Origin: Lingula anatina
Lineage: Eukaryota > Animalia > Brachiopoda
DNA length: 64,000 bases
Direction of reading: 5' to 3'
Assembly (NCBI GenBank): GCA_051362555.1
Contig: CM120649.1
Location: 11,470,001-11,534,000 of the forward strand
Shown: positions 13,132 through 26,000 of the stretch, in pieces
How positions within the stretch are numbered: the first letter of the stretch is position 1
Layout of the letters: each line of letters begins with the position of its first letter
Made by a program: the position numbers and the translations under genes
The notes under the pieces: model-generated
The model's database searches: none
What the model saw: the letters and a program-made list of their open reading frames with translations, nothing else
Told to the model about the DNA's origin: nothing

Positions 13132-14262
13132 CTTCCACCTAAAGAAACACTTTAACTAGCGAGAAAAGACAAAACCACTGTCCCTCCACTAGCAACTGCC
13201 ACCTCACTAACTACCTTTGCATTCCCAAGAGGTCTCCCGAGGACTCCAGGACGCGTTCGCCAGACAGGTAAAAGTGATGCTCACAACATCGCTGTACCAC
13301 GAGCCGTTCACACACGTGGCCACCACGGTAGAACCAACAGCGGTGGCTGTAGAGTTGAGCGAGGCTCGGGGAAACGGGGGCAGCGGGTGACAAGCAGGCA
13401 GTTGAATCTTTTCAGCACCCATGGTGGTGGTTGAACGTGGCAGCGTTGACGTCACAAAACTCGACGTGGTGAACTCAGTTGTCAGGGTAGTAAATCTATG
13501 AATGGTAGAACCAGCAACAGGTGTTGTTGACTTGACCGATGGACCCAAAGTGGTCGTTTCCAAACGACCAATATTAGTACTTGAGATATGATTTGTGGTA
13601 TCGTAGTTCTCCGGCGAGGTAGTAATCTGATGGGCTGTAGTGACATCACCAAATGTCGATGATGACGTGACATCGTAGGTAGTACTGACGTCATATATAA
13701 TTGTAGTAGAAGTGCCACCTTGAATGGTGGTGACATCACCAGGTGCACTGATATCCTGCGAAGTGCTAACAACGGTGCTCGATGTGACGTCATGAGACTG
13801 AGTGGAAGTTGAATCTGGAGATGTGACGGCACTGGTTGTGATTGACTCTGAAAGAAAACACTTTGATTAATTACAATACTTGTGTGAATATGTTTGTGTG
13901 CGGGGGTACAATTACAGAGAAAGAGTAAATGAGAATTTATTGTCTCGGAGAGCATATCAAAATAATAAAAGACGAATGAAAGGCAGAAACGTACATCACA
14001 GGTAAAACACATACCAAAATTACTTTTTTCTATCATGGCCCACTTAATGTGTTGGGCTTGTTTTAGCAAAACAACAAGTTTCAATATTCTCATCACCCGA
14101 CGCAATTGTTGTACGTGACAGCGTTTCGTTACCAGTTGTACTGATATCCTGCGAAGTGCTACCGTGTGTGGTCGATGTGACGTCACTGGTCACCGTGATA
14201 GACTCTGTTGTTGTGTATGCTGAAAAGATAGAAAAGGAAAATATTATGATCCGTGTTTAAAT

Positions 14263-14310
<48 letters not shown>

Positions 14311-15146
14311 GGGCGGCTCTAGGATTATTTGAAGGGTGGTCCGAGGATGCGAAGCCGCCCTCCCCCCCCCCCCCCCCCCCGTGATTCTAGTTTGACTAGA
14401 TGAGTATTGGTGTGATTTTCTTCAGAAATCGAATAGGGTCGGGGGGGGGGGTAACAATATAAAGCGCTTAATTCAGCAAGGATACGTTGGTTTCATTTAC
14501 ACAACAGTTTTATATTTCATCATATTTTGATAAGCTATACAGATGTTTATGTAATTACAACACTATACTAACAAAAAACCAATAATGTTAGAGGGTCTTG
14601 GTAGTTTACACATTAATCCTCTATAACATACCGTCAATTATTCTATACACTTGGTATCCATTCGGTCCCCCATTGCCATTATAACTCTTCGTTGGCGTGG
14701 GATTCATTCTGAGGTACTGACTCCCCAGAACAGGGGATGAACAACACTGGCCTTTCTTGAAGAGAGCGAAGTGGTCGTAACCAAGGTTCTTCGCCACCTG
14801 ATAGCACTTCCAGAAGGCGTCCAGCCGGGTCAGGTGGCTGTCGTTAAGAAGGGGGTCGGTGCCTTCCAGGGAGTGGCAGATGGCGCTTCCGTTGGGGTGT
14901 ATCCAACGACCCTTGTTTTCGTATATTTGTAGGTCTAATTGAATAATAAATATAATAATAATAACTATATTGTGATGAATGCCATTTTGTCTAGCTGTTC
15001 TTGCTTTCACCCTCAGTCCCACCACTTTTTTATTTCAGCTGGGCAGTCAAAAAATAAGTACTTGGTATGACATGAAATCAAAGTTAATTGGATGGGATAC
15101 AGGGATAGTAAGAATGAAAAATATATATATGCGTGTGCGTGTGTGA

Positions 15147-15193
<47 letters not shown>

Positions 15194-17005
15194 GGGTTCA
15201 TGTACCTGTAGTTATCCTGTACACTTGGTTAGCAAGACTGCCTCCCAGTCCTTGCGGTCCACACTCAGTTGACCTCCCCAGGAGGTCATACGTCTCCTCG
15301 GCTACCGGGGAGGAGCAGCAGCTTCCCCCAGCACGCAGCGCGAAGTACTGGAAACCCCTACTTACAGTCACGAGATAGCATTTGTACAGCGCCTCCTTTC
15401 TGTCAGCATATGGAGGATCAAGGAGGGAATACCCTTCGTCCTCCAGGCTGCCCATCACCTTGTTCTCAGTTGAAGTTTCATTCCAGCAACCCATATTTTC
15501 TAAGGGTAACGGTTCTGCAATTGTAGTTACGAAATTTGTTTTTTAATAATACACGTAGCAGGTCACTTTCGTCATATTGTTTGGTTCTTAGTATTTATTT
15601 AAATAATAGGTGAATGATAATGTGTTGTTGTTTCTTTGAAGATTGCGTACACTGTTATGGGGCTGTAAGTTAATAAAAGACCCCATACTCCATGAAATTA
15701 CTGGATACCTACCCCCATACTCCATGAAATTACTGGATACCTACCCCCATACTCCATGAAATTACTGGATACCTACCCCCATACTCCATGAAATTACTGG
15801 ATACCTACCCCCATACTCCATGAAATTACTGGATACCTACCCCCATACTCCATGAAACTACTGGATACCTACCCCCATACTCCACGAAACTACTGGATAC
15901 CTACCCCCATACTCCATGAAACTACTGGATACCTACCCCCATACTCCATTAAACTACTGGATACCTACCCCCTATACTCCATGAAACTACTGGATACCTA
16001 CCCCCATACTCCATGAAACTACTGGATACCTACCTCCCATACTCCATGAAACTACTGGATACCTACCCCCATACTCCATGAAACTACTGGATACCTACCC
16101 CCATACTCCATGAAACTACTGGGTAAGATGGACGGGACCTCAGTTAAAGGTACTGAATAAGAAAAACAAAGCAGAATCAGGTTGAAAACCTGAATTTAAT
16201 ACATTCTTCAAAGTAACAAAAATTTTATCAAACATGTAGTAAAACGAGGTAGAATTTGAACAGTGTGGGCTGTAGCAAGTGAAGCGGCCTGAAAGTACAT
16301 GTAACTCCCAAAACTTAGGTTTATCATCCACATTATGTTCCATTTTTACCTCCGCCAAGAAGATTATGTTTTCACCCCTGTTTGTCTGTTTGTTTGTTTG
16401 TTTGTTTGTCATCAACATAACTCAAAAAGTTATGGACCGGTTTTGATGAAATTTTCAGGAACTGTCAGAAGTGGGCCAAGGAACAGATTGTTTTTGGTGA
16501 TGATCCGGATCAATAATCAATCAATAATAAATAATAATAATAAACTTCTGCCTTAGCGGAGGTTTGCGCTCTCGGAGTGCTTTTCTAGTTTCTAAATTCT
16601 TTTTACACATGGACAACCAGTACATGTACCTGCCGTGCTGCTTCCAATAAAACTCTTAAGCGACAAGCATAACATTCTGATACCACACTGGAACTGCTAA
16701 CACTGGAACCATGTGACCACCAAGTGATCTCCATGTTGCTTCGCGTAAATCTTACCTTCGCATATTGTCCCTATAAATATCCTGCTGTCGATGGAGTCAT
16801 CAGTTACGAAGTTGAACACAAAAGAGTGGCCGTAGAAAGGGCCGGGGGCGGACGTCCCACAAAAAGGCCCACCACCTAGAGGTTCGGAGTATAAATCAGC
16901 ACGTACCTGAAATGTCAAGCAGTTTTTGCTCGTTGCACAGCAAAATATGACTTTACACATTAAAATCGATCACGGCTAACGAGTCCCCTACTACTACCTA
17001 ACTAC

Positions 17006-17050
<45 letters not shown>

Positions 17051-20000
17051 TTAAGCACAAAATTTGTTTTATCTTTACCAAAATTCAAATCAGAAAATGT
17101 CAGATCAATTGCAAAATTATGCTGGTTGTATCAGATATGTCCAGTTTGATTGGCTTGAACACAGTCAAGTGTTGGTCAGTTACATGTAGTTTTAAATAAT
17201 CGCCGACAACCTGCTTTGCATGCAAACGTCTATAAAGAATTAAAAAAAAGGGGTTACATTTTGCTTTTATCTGGCAACGTCAATTGGACCATTTTGGACT
17301 GTTGAAGATAATAATTTGCGACTAAGAACACACTAATGAGATACCCACCGTGAAGTGATCATAGCACCTGTTGGACAGATTGGCGTTGTGATCCGGTTCT
17401 TCCAGGTCAAACTGCGTGAACTCTAGCTTGAGTATCCCGTTAGGATCCGGATGGAAAATCCAGGCGAGGACGTTCATGTTTGGGGGCAAGCTGAGGGGAT
17501 ATTCAGGACTGACAAGAGGGAAGCAAGTTGACTTTCCGAATCCACAGCATTCTGGAATTATATGCAGACATAGTATAGATCACAATAAACAGTAGCACAC
17601 CCAGCAGTGTGCATTGTCTTTGCCTTTTGTTTTTGTGATAGCTGTGATAGCCCCCATTAAAACCTTCTACATCGTACCAAATAAAAAAGAAAGAAAGCCA
17701 GGCAAAAGAGCAAACCCAGAGAAAATGCAACAAGGCCCCATCCATGTATCATATATCACATAGTTTTCAATTTCTGCTGCTTTATATTTACTGATGCCGA
17801 ACGAAACTGAACCAACAATCCATGCCCCCCCCCCTGCCCTTACCAGAACAAACACAAATGAGATGATAAGATGCGCGCAAGGTTGTGCCTCACCCACCAC
17901 CCCCCTTCTCCCCCTACCTCCGACCCACCACCGACACCAACATTTCATATAATCTTGCCCCCGGTACTACACGTATATTCTTTACAAACCGGTCTATAAA
18001 TTATTTTTGAGATACTTTTAATTTTAAAATCGGCACATACCCCTTGTATCAAATATCTTCCAACGAGCCGTCCCAGGTGCTGATGTCACAGATAACACTT
18101 TAATGTCACGCGGAGAACTGTCGGAGTATACAAACAGCAACCCATCCGGGGGATTCAAACCATTCCCAATGTAGAACGTCCCATTGTCCCACTCTATCCA
18201 GTACGCCCGATAATCACTGCAAAGATCCACATGGTAATGGTACTGTTCCATGCTTAGCCCATTCAACGCTCTGAAAATGGCTATACCGGAATTGTGTCTG
18301 AAGCGGATGATGTATTTATCCGGATCGGAGACATCGTCCGTTGGAGAAAGGCCTATGCCAGCGGAGCTGCAAGTCTTCAAGTAGAAAACCACGCTGGTTA
18401 TTGCTGTCATGTCGAAGATGATATTTTGGAAGGTAAAGTCCCCTGGTGTAGTTACCTCGTAACGTATTGGTTCGGCTGAAATGGAATTAATATTTTTAAT
18501 AACTATACTTAAAGGGATAATAACTCTTCGTTTCGGCCGTAAAAAAAAGAATTTTCCAGGAGTAAACAACAATTTTCCCATACACACCAATGGTTAAAGA
18601 ATCCATTTTTACATTCAAAGTTAGCCCCCTGGTTTTTTTTTTTTTTTTTCTAAAAGGTTTGGTTTTTTGTTAAAATCTCTTAAGAGATTTTAACAGAGTA
18701 TAGCCATCAATGGAGGTCACGTGGTCTAAAGACAAGCTCAGATATCAGAATAATAGCTATAACTGCCGTTTTTGTGGTAAAACAGAATATATCATACTTC
18801 CATGAGTTATTCACAATGTTTTTATTGTGAAATACAGATCCCATACGAAGAGTTATTATCCCTTTAAGGTCGCATTCACAACAGCGGACTGATAGATCCC
18901 CGGGTCAAATATGGCCGAGCCACTTGAATGCTTGTCCCTTAATCCCCGCGGGAAAATCTTTTCAGTATTTTTTGGGGGATAATGCGGCAAGCTTTTCAGT
19001 GGGTCGCCGTACTTGATCCGCAGATCTCTTACTTCACTGTTACGAATGCAGCCTAACAGAATTGCGTACACACAAAGAGTTATGTTCTCTGAAACCCAGG
19101 GTGGGATAATAAATCAGCAGTCAAAATAAGCACTTACTTTGCATGAGGTTAAAAGACACGTCGTCTCCAAAATCATAGTCAGCATCGAACGAGTACGTAT
19201 AGTACTCATCATAACGGTAGCCTGTAACGGAAATCAATTATTTTCAACAGCAACAACGATAAAATATTATTCAAACATAAATCAAGGAGAGATTAGTGAT
19301 ATAAAGTTGCATACACTGCACACTAGACACCGGTATCAGTGTATTTATATATTGAAATATTTTAACTCCAGGTTTTGGGGACTTAATTTGCTTGACAGTG
19401 ACTTTTCAATGCATAAACACAAACGAACACGTAACTTTTTTTGCTGTTTTATCCATTACGTAATTTAACTGTGTATCACTCTAGTTTTCCGTATTTCAAA
19501 TTTTGAACCTTGCACATATATTTTGAACTTTTCTGCATATTTGTCTCAAAGTACATAAAAAATTTGCGGCAAACAGCCTCCAGGGGTTTGCAAAAGAGCC
19601 ATACTTTTTTCAGAAAGCATTTGCAAGGTAAAATTACTTCTTTCCACTTTGCAGTCAATATAAGAAAGTTTGTGGCAATTCTGACATACAGACTTGACAT
19701 TTAATATGGAATATTTTTTTCGAAATAATTTTTTTATCATTTTTTCCTATTTTGCTGACTGATAAATGAAAATAATGATTTAAATCGTGTTTTAATAACT
19801 TTAACTTATCTCTTTGATGTCATTGTGACATCAGTTCATTAATGGAATTCGCCAGAGAAGCAAACAAAAACACATTGCCTATTCTATGGCATACGATTCT
19901 CATTAAAAGAGATATTTTGGATCTCCATATTTTCCAAATTATCGTCTGTAAAAGGGTAATACGCTCCACAAAAGACCCTCATGTCAGTTGCTAGTCACAG

Positions 20001-23000
20001 TAATGGTCGCATTACGCCTGGCCTCTTCGTGGCTGTTGCCAGCGCTCTCAAGCGGCAAGGCATTCCTTGGGGGTAGGTTTTTAGAGTTCAATCTGGAATA
20101 GCATCCTAGGCATCGGTCTAAAATTGTCCAATCTGGGCCAGTTTTGTTGTAGGACATGTAGGCAGTTGATTGGCGAGTAATGGTCTACCGAAATATTGTC
20201 TATGTGGTTCAAATGTGATGATTTTGATGACCAGGGTAGCTGCTCATTCCCTTGGTTCTGTAAGTTATCTGCCATTAAAAGTGCTCTGTGTGAACCTGCA
20301 ACCTCATCGTGCAACCTAGAAGTGTTCTTAATATGCCCCCTATCAAATGATAGTCAAGTGGTTCCGAGATTATTCCTTTACTTCATCTGGTTCAGGTTTT
20401 CGTCGATGACTACCATTGGTGTTTTGGCACCAATGTGGAATCTACTCCAAATACTGACGCTGTCAATCACCCTTGTCACTTTAGACCCGGCATATGCTTC
20501 GTCGTAGGCCTCTTCTGGATATCTGTAAACTCTGTTTTGACTAATTGGGCGGTACAGGTGAAATCTGACCTCAATAAAGAAAGCCACGCAGTTTCAGTGT
20601 TCTACCCAGAAACCGTCATGGCCCCCAATTCATTAGAGAAACAGACGACGATGTTTTGCTGTATACAGTGGGTACCTCGGAGGTCGTTTGGTGTTCTTAC
20701 CTGCTTAAACCAGTATGGTGTTCGCTAAGGGCTTTGAAAAACGCATTTTAGTGGCAATTTATCCCTCGTTCTGAACGGACTAAGTGTTTCTTGTTTAGTT
20801 GCAGCAGCGTATCCCGAAAGACAGTGGGTCCTGTACCCTGTAGGTAAGATTTTGATACATTGGGGATGACCTCTGTGTAGGTACATCAGTCTGGGCATAA
20901 CTCTATAAAACTGTGGGGACCGTTCCGTTTGGCGCTATGATCTGCCTGGTTATGTCTGTCTTTTTCGCGCCATTCTGCCTTGGATTAACAAATTTGTAAT
21001 GCACTACTTGACTCATCTTACGCACTGCAAAACTGACCGCTTGCATGCAAAATTTCAAATTCTTCTATGCAGTAGTTGCCGAAATATGGATACTTTTTTG
21101 ACAGAACCAAGCTTTGCCTAAGCCATGTAGGCCAGTAAACGAGCATATTTTCCCCACTGAGGTTGGAAAAAATTGGTGACAAAGGTTTCTCAACTGATTC
21201 TAGTCCGTTGAAGGCCCAATATAACCCAAAAAATTTCCCCCATGAATCCCCCCATGGCAAAGTCCTGTTTTCGGCGAAAATCCAAAATGGCCGCCATTGA
21301 ATGGGGTGGGTCACCTTGAAGTCCATATCTTGGGAACACAATGTCACAGAAACATGTTTAAAGTATAAACTCTTACTAAGTGAGGGATCCCCAATCTTTT
21401 GCAACTAGTCTCAAGGTCACAGAAGGTCAAGGTCATGACCTAATCCTAAGATATATACATTTTGCGAGCAAAAAAAATGACGTGATGTCCATATATTGGT
21501 AACCTAATGTCACAAAAACATATTTTAGTCTTAAATATTATTGAATAATGCACTGCCAATCTTTTGCAAATTTATTCAGAGTCATTAGAGGTCAAGGTCA
21601 TGACCCTAATTTCAAGGACACTACCTTTTTCGAGCAGCAAATTCCCATATTATCTAAACCTTTGTAACTGGATGTCACAGAAGCATGTTTAAATATCATT
21701 TCCTACTAAGTGAGGTTCTGCAAATAATTTTTAAATGCTTTCTAGGCCACCAGAGGTCAATGTCATGACCTTATTTTCAAGGTCATAGCATTTCTAGCTT
21801 GAACAAAATGCCATCATGTCTATATTTTGATAACCCTATGTCACAGAAACATGTTTAAAGTATCGATCCATACTAAGTTACATGTTGCCGATCATTTGAA
21901 ACTATTTCTAGAATCACCACCGGTCAGGGTCATACCCTTATAACAAGGTTGTCATAACATTTAAGAAAAATTGATTTTACACTAATCAAAAACAACACAG
22001 GTGATTGTTTAAAGAATATTTCATTACAGAAAAGGCATCGGCACTACTGCATAGTACTCATTTAAATCAATTACATTCGGTTTACAAGGCTTAAGGGTAT
22101 ACTGTACCCATTTCAAAATCACTAAATGTTATACAATTATATGTTTAAATAAAGCTGTGTTTTACATTATAGAGGAACTAAAAGTGAAAAAAAAAACATT
22201 AAAGGGTTTGCTTCATGCCGTCAGAATGGCCTGAACGGAACATATTCTTCAGAAAACATGCCCAACTAACGATATCTTTATCCAAATACACAAATTAAAA
22301 GCTCATTTGGTAAATTTTTGGCTTTAAAAAACGTCCTATTTGCTCGGCCTGGGAGTTAATGAGCTACGTGGTCACGTGGTCCAATGATGACTTCTCTGGC
22401 TTCTGATAAAAGTTTATACTCATTCAAATCTCTTACCCGAGGGGTCTAAATCCTCGTGAAGCTGTGTAAAACCATTTCCCGTCTAGTCATTTCTTTAACA
22501 AGCATTTCATTATCGTTATCCCAAGTTGTATAAAACACTGCATTTGAATGAGTTAAGGGAAATGTTGATTATTGCATATGAGGTCCATGTTATTTGTGAA
22601 ATTCAATTTATTTTATTAAACCGCTGACACTCCGTCTTGCATACTTTTATTAAACTGAGGTAAACAATGCCCGTTACCTTTACAAGTCCTATCTTAATCA
22701 TCCATCTACCTGGAACTTCCTTTACCTCTTAATTAGAGGGTTAAATGGCATTCAATTTGTCTTGCTTGTATCGAACGCACTCTCTGGTTCACCTCCTTTT
22801 TTGCAAATTACTACTGGGGGTAAATAAAAAAGCCACGACAGCAATGGTATACAGTGAACTGGGGCGATTGCCACTGAAACTTAATAGATATATTTGTATT
22901 ATAAAATACTGGTTGAAACTTTTGACTACTGACAATTGCATCTTAAATGGTGTTTATCTAAATCTTCTTGAGACCTGTAATGATCATGAAAATTGGGCTA

Positions 23001-26000
23001 CAGCAGTAAGAAGATTATTATCAAATCATGGTTTTTCCTATGTATGGGAAGCTCAACATGTCACAAATGAAGCTAAATTTATTGAAGAATTCAAGGGTAG
23101 AGTGAAGGACAACTTGTTGCAAGAAATTAGGTCTACAATAGATGTATCTTCAAAATGTTTCATTTATAGACATTTGGTAGACAATCACAGCCTGCAATTT
23201 TACCTGCAGAAAAATTTAACATATAGATATAGACAATTAATTTGTAAATTTAGAACTTCATCCCATTCTTTAAGAATAGAGAAGGGTAGATATAGTAATA
23301 TCCCTCGTAACCAAAGAATTTGTCAGTATTGCTCAAATGATCATGTTGTGGAAGATGAGTATCATTTTATTTTGATATGTAAATTGTACTCTGACTTTAG
23401 AAGAGTTTTTATATCAAACAGTATTACTGGCGAAGGCCATCTACTTTCAAACTAGTACAGTTATTAAGTACACATAATGTTACTGACCTAAGAAATTTAG
23501 CTAGATTCCTGTGTGCTGCCTCTAAGCTTAGAGAGGACACTATAAGTTTTTGAGTTGATCCAACAATATTTGTTTATTGGTATACTATATAATTACTATA
23601 TAATACTAGCCTTATAAAGAAAAGTCACACTGCAATTTTTTTTTTTTAAAGATATATAAGTCTGTCCATCCACCACTTTTTAGGTACTCCAATATATTAA
23701 CAGTGGTTGCCTCCTCCACCTACCACAAATGTTATACTTTCTATGGTTATATGCCTATGTCAAGTTGATTCGGCAATAAACTATACTATACTATACTCTA
23801 TCTAAGCTTTACTCCAGTTATCTCAGGTAAAAATCTACCTGTGCGTTAGTTACAAAGCGCAGCTCCCGTAGACCTGGGGGTGCTAGATAAAATCTGAACA
23901 CCAGGTTTATCGAGGAGCTAGAGAAAGAAAGGAAGAATTTTTCCTGCACAACTTCATAGGAATTTTAACACGGACTTGATCCAGCTTAGACCTCCAAACT
24001 AACAGGGTGACATGGGCAATTTTCACAAACAAATCATAAAACTATATTTCAGTTAACCGCCTTTAAAATAAATATACCGTTCTGGGTAAATTAAAATAGT
24101 TATTAAATCGCAAGAATATTTTTGACTTGAATGATGATTTTATTATTAATGGAAATTAAGCTACTATATGAGGTACATTTGCTGTGATTACGCTGTCCTT
24201 CATGTTTTGCGTAAGTCTACATTTTGCTGTATGTGCTTGTAATCTTTTTAAATATGTGCGTACAATTTTTGCAGGTCTGGTTACCCCCCTGTTATGTGAT
24301 GAGAGTATTAATTTGGCAATTAGTTCCTTAGCTTATTTGAATAGAATTGCAGTGTAAAATTTTCAACAAGATGTTGGCGAAATAGCCCATTACTCTTTGT
24401 AGGTATTTCCCCCGTCAAAGTTTGTCTAAAATTATCTTTCAATCTTTACTCTTTCAAAGACAGTATAAAGTTACCTGACATATTTTCGTGTAAACTTAAT
24501 GACAAGCCAAGTGTTTCCAGTTCATTCCGTACTCAATTTTACCCAAGCAAATTTTTTTCTTGAGTAGATCTTTATAGCACGGTGTTATAAGCTTCGAGAA
24601 ATGGAATTTTACATGAACATTGTCCTTTAAGTACCTGAACCTTGTGTGAATATTCCACTATATGTCAGAACTACATTGTTCAAAACTTCCTATTCTATTG
24701 CAGGGAGGAGTTGAGCAATGCTTTGTGTTTTTTCCCAAGATAAATTTCATTTCTTCAAAAACTTCAAATAATGTGGGAGACCTTTAAAGCTTAATAACAT
24801 GATATAAACTTGTTTCATACTGGGCAAAGACAACCTATTATACAATAACCATTGTAGCTTCACATAAGACATGTAAAAATTGGAATATTCGAAATCTTAC
24901 TACAGCATTCTATAATACTGCAGTGGGGGAATTAATTCATTTTGGGTACATAGATATTTAGATAAAATATTATGGAATTAGAAATGAGGACATTTTTATA
25001 TTGGCCACAGGCTGGGGGGAAATATAACCAGGTGGAATGGCACCTTTTTATGGTATTTACCTTCTTTTCCAGAAGACAGGTTGCCACACAATTTGAACAT
25101 CCGTAACCGTTTCTCTCCAGCTTTTAAAAACCATCAAATGTTGATTTCTCATTGATAAACACTTCCAGTGCTTCTCTCGAATCTTCAAACTTACTAGCCA
25201 CAAGTTTATCACAATTGCTAGCTGTGGGTCTCTATACTAACAGTAGGTCTACATGTAGTTGTGGCATAAGCAGTGTTAAGTATGGGTCAAATAAAAGAGT
25301 CCCTTTCAGAGAAAAAATACATTTTCCTGGACAAATTCAAGGAGCAATTTGACTGTATGCTTTAACAGTGGTTAAAGGGCAAATGTGTCCTCTGCAGATA
25401 AGTTGGACTATTTACTTCAATGCAACTTGAGGATAAGGCAGTCTGCATTAATGCACAACATTCAATAAGCATTTATTAACACCTGATCAACTGATATTTG
25501 TTAGAAGGCTATTTCTACATGATGAGCTTCAAACTGAAGGATACAAAGTCCTTAGCATACTTATTAGATCCTCACCCACAGCTACAACTGTTTGTACGTC
25601 CCTTGTCCTTGGTGCTTTGGCCATCAAATACAGGCCTGTAGCCAGTGGCATTCTGGGTAAAATTTTATCTACATGTAGGTGCACAAATATTTCTAGGTCC
25701 ACTTTTTCAGAAAAGGCCCCCTCCCCCCTTTTGAGACTGCTAGCTTGTCACAATGACTGTCGAATGAGATGCAGCAAAGTAAACGAAAGATGATGGTGAG
25801 AGCCTGTAGCCAGTTTCCTATCCTAACAGACCTGATAAAAACTCCCAGTTTGCGATCATGTCTCAGTACTAGTTCTCCAATCTGACAGGAGCTGGCATGA
25901 TATGAAAACATATAACTACTTTTGACACAGATGAGCACACCAAAAAACAGCAGCTTTAAAGTTTGTCGACCAAAACATATTACACTTTCTAATAGAGAGT

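Noticed and set aside
13482-14186. 234-aa minus-strand ORF
   Set aside because: Off-frame reading of the T/S-rich mucin exons plus an intron. The spliced frame is different.
18041-18475. Standalone farnesoic acid O-methyltransferase enzyme
   Set aside because: It is a phase-1 exon within an extracellular mosaic protein and has no SAM-binding glycine motif.
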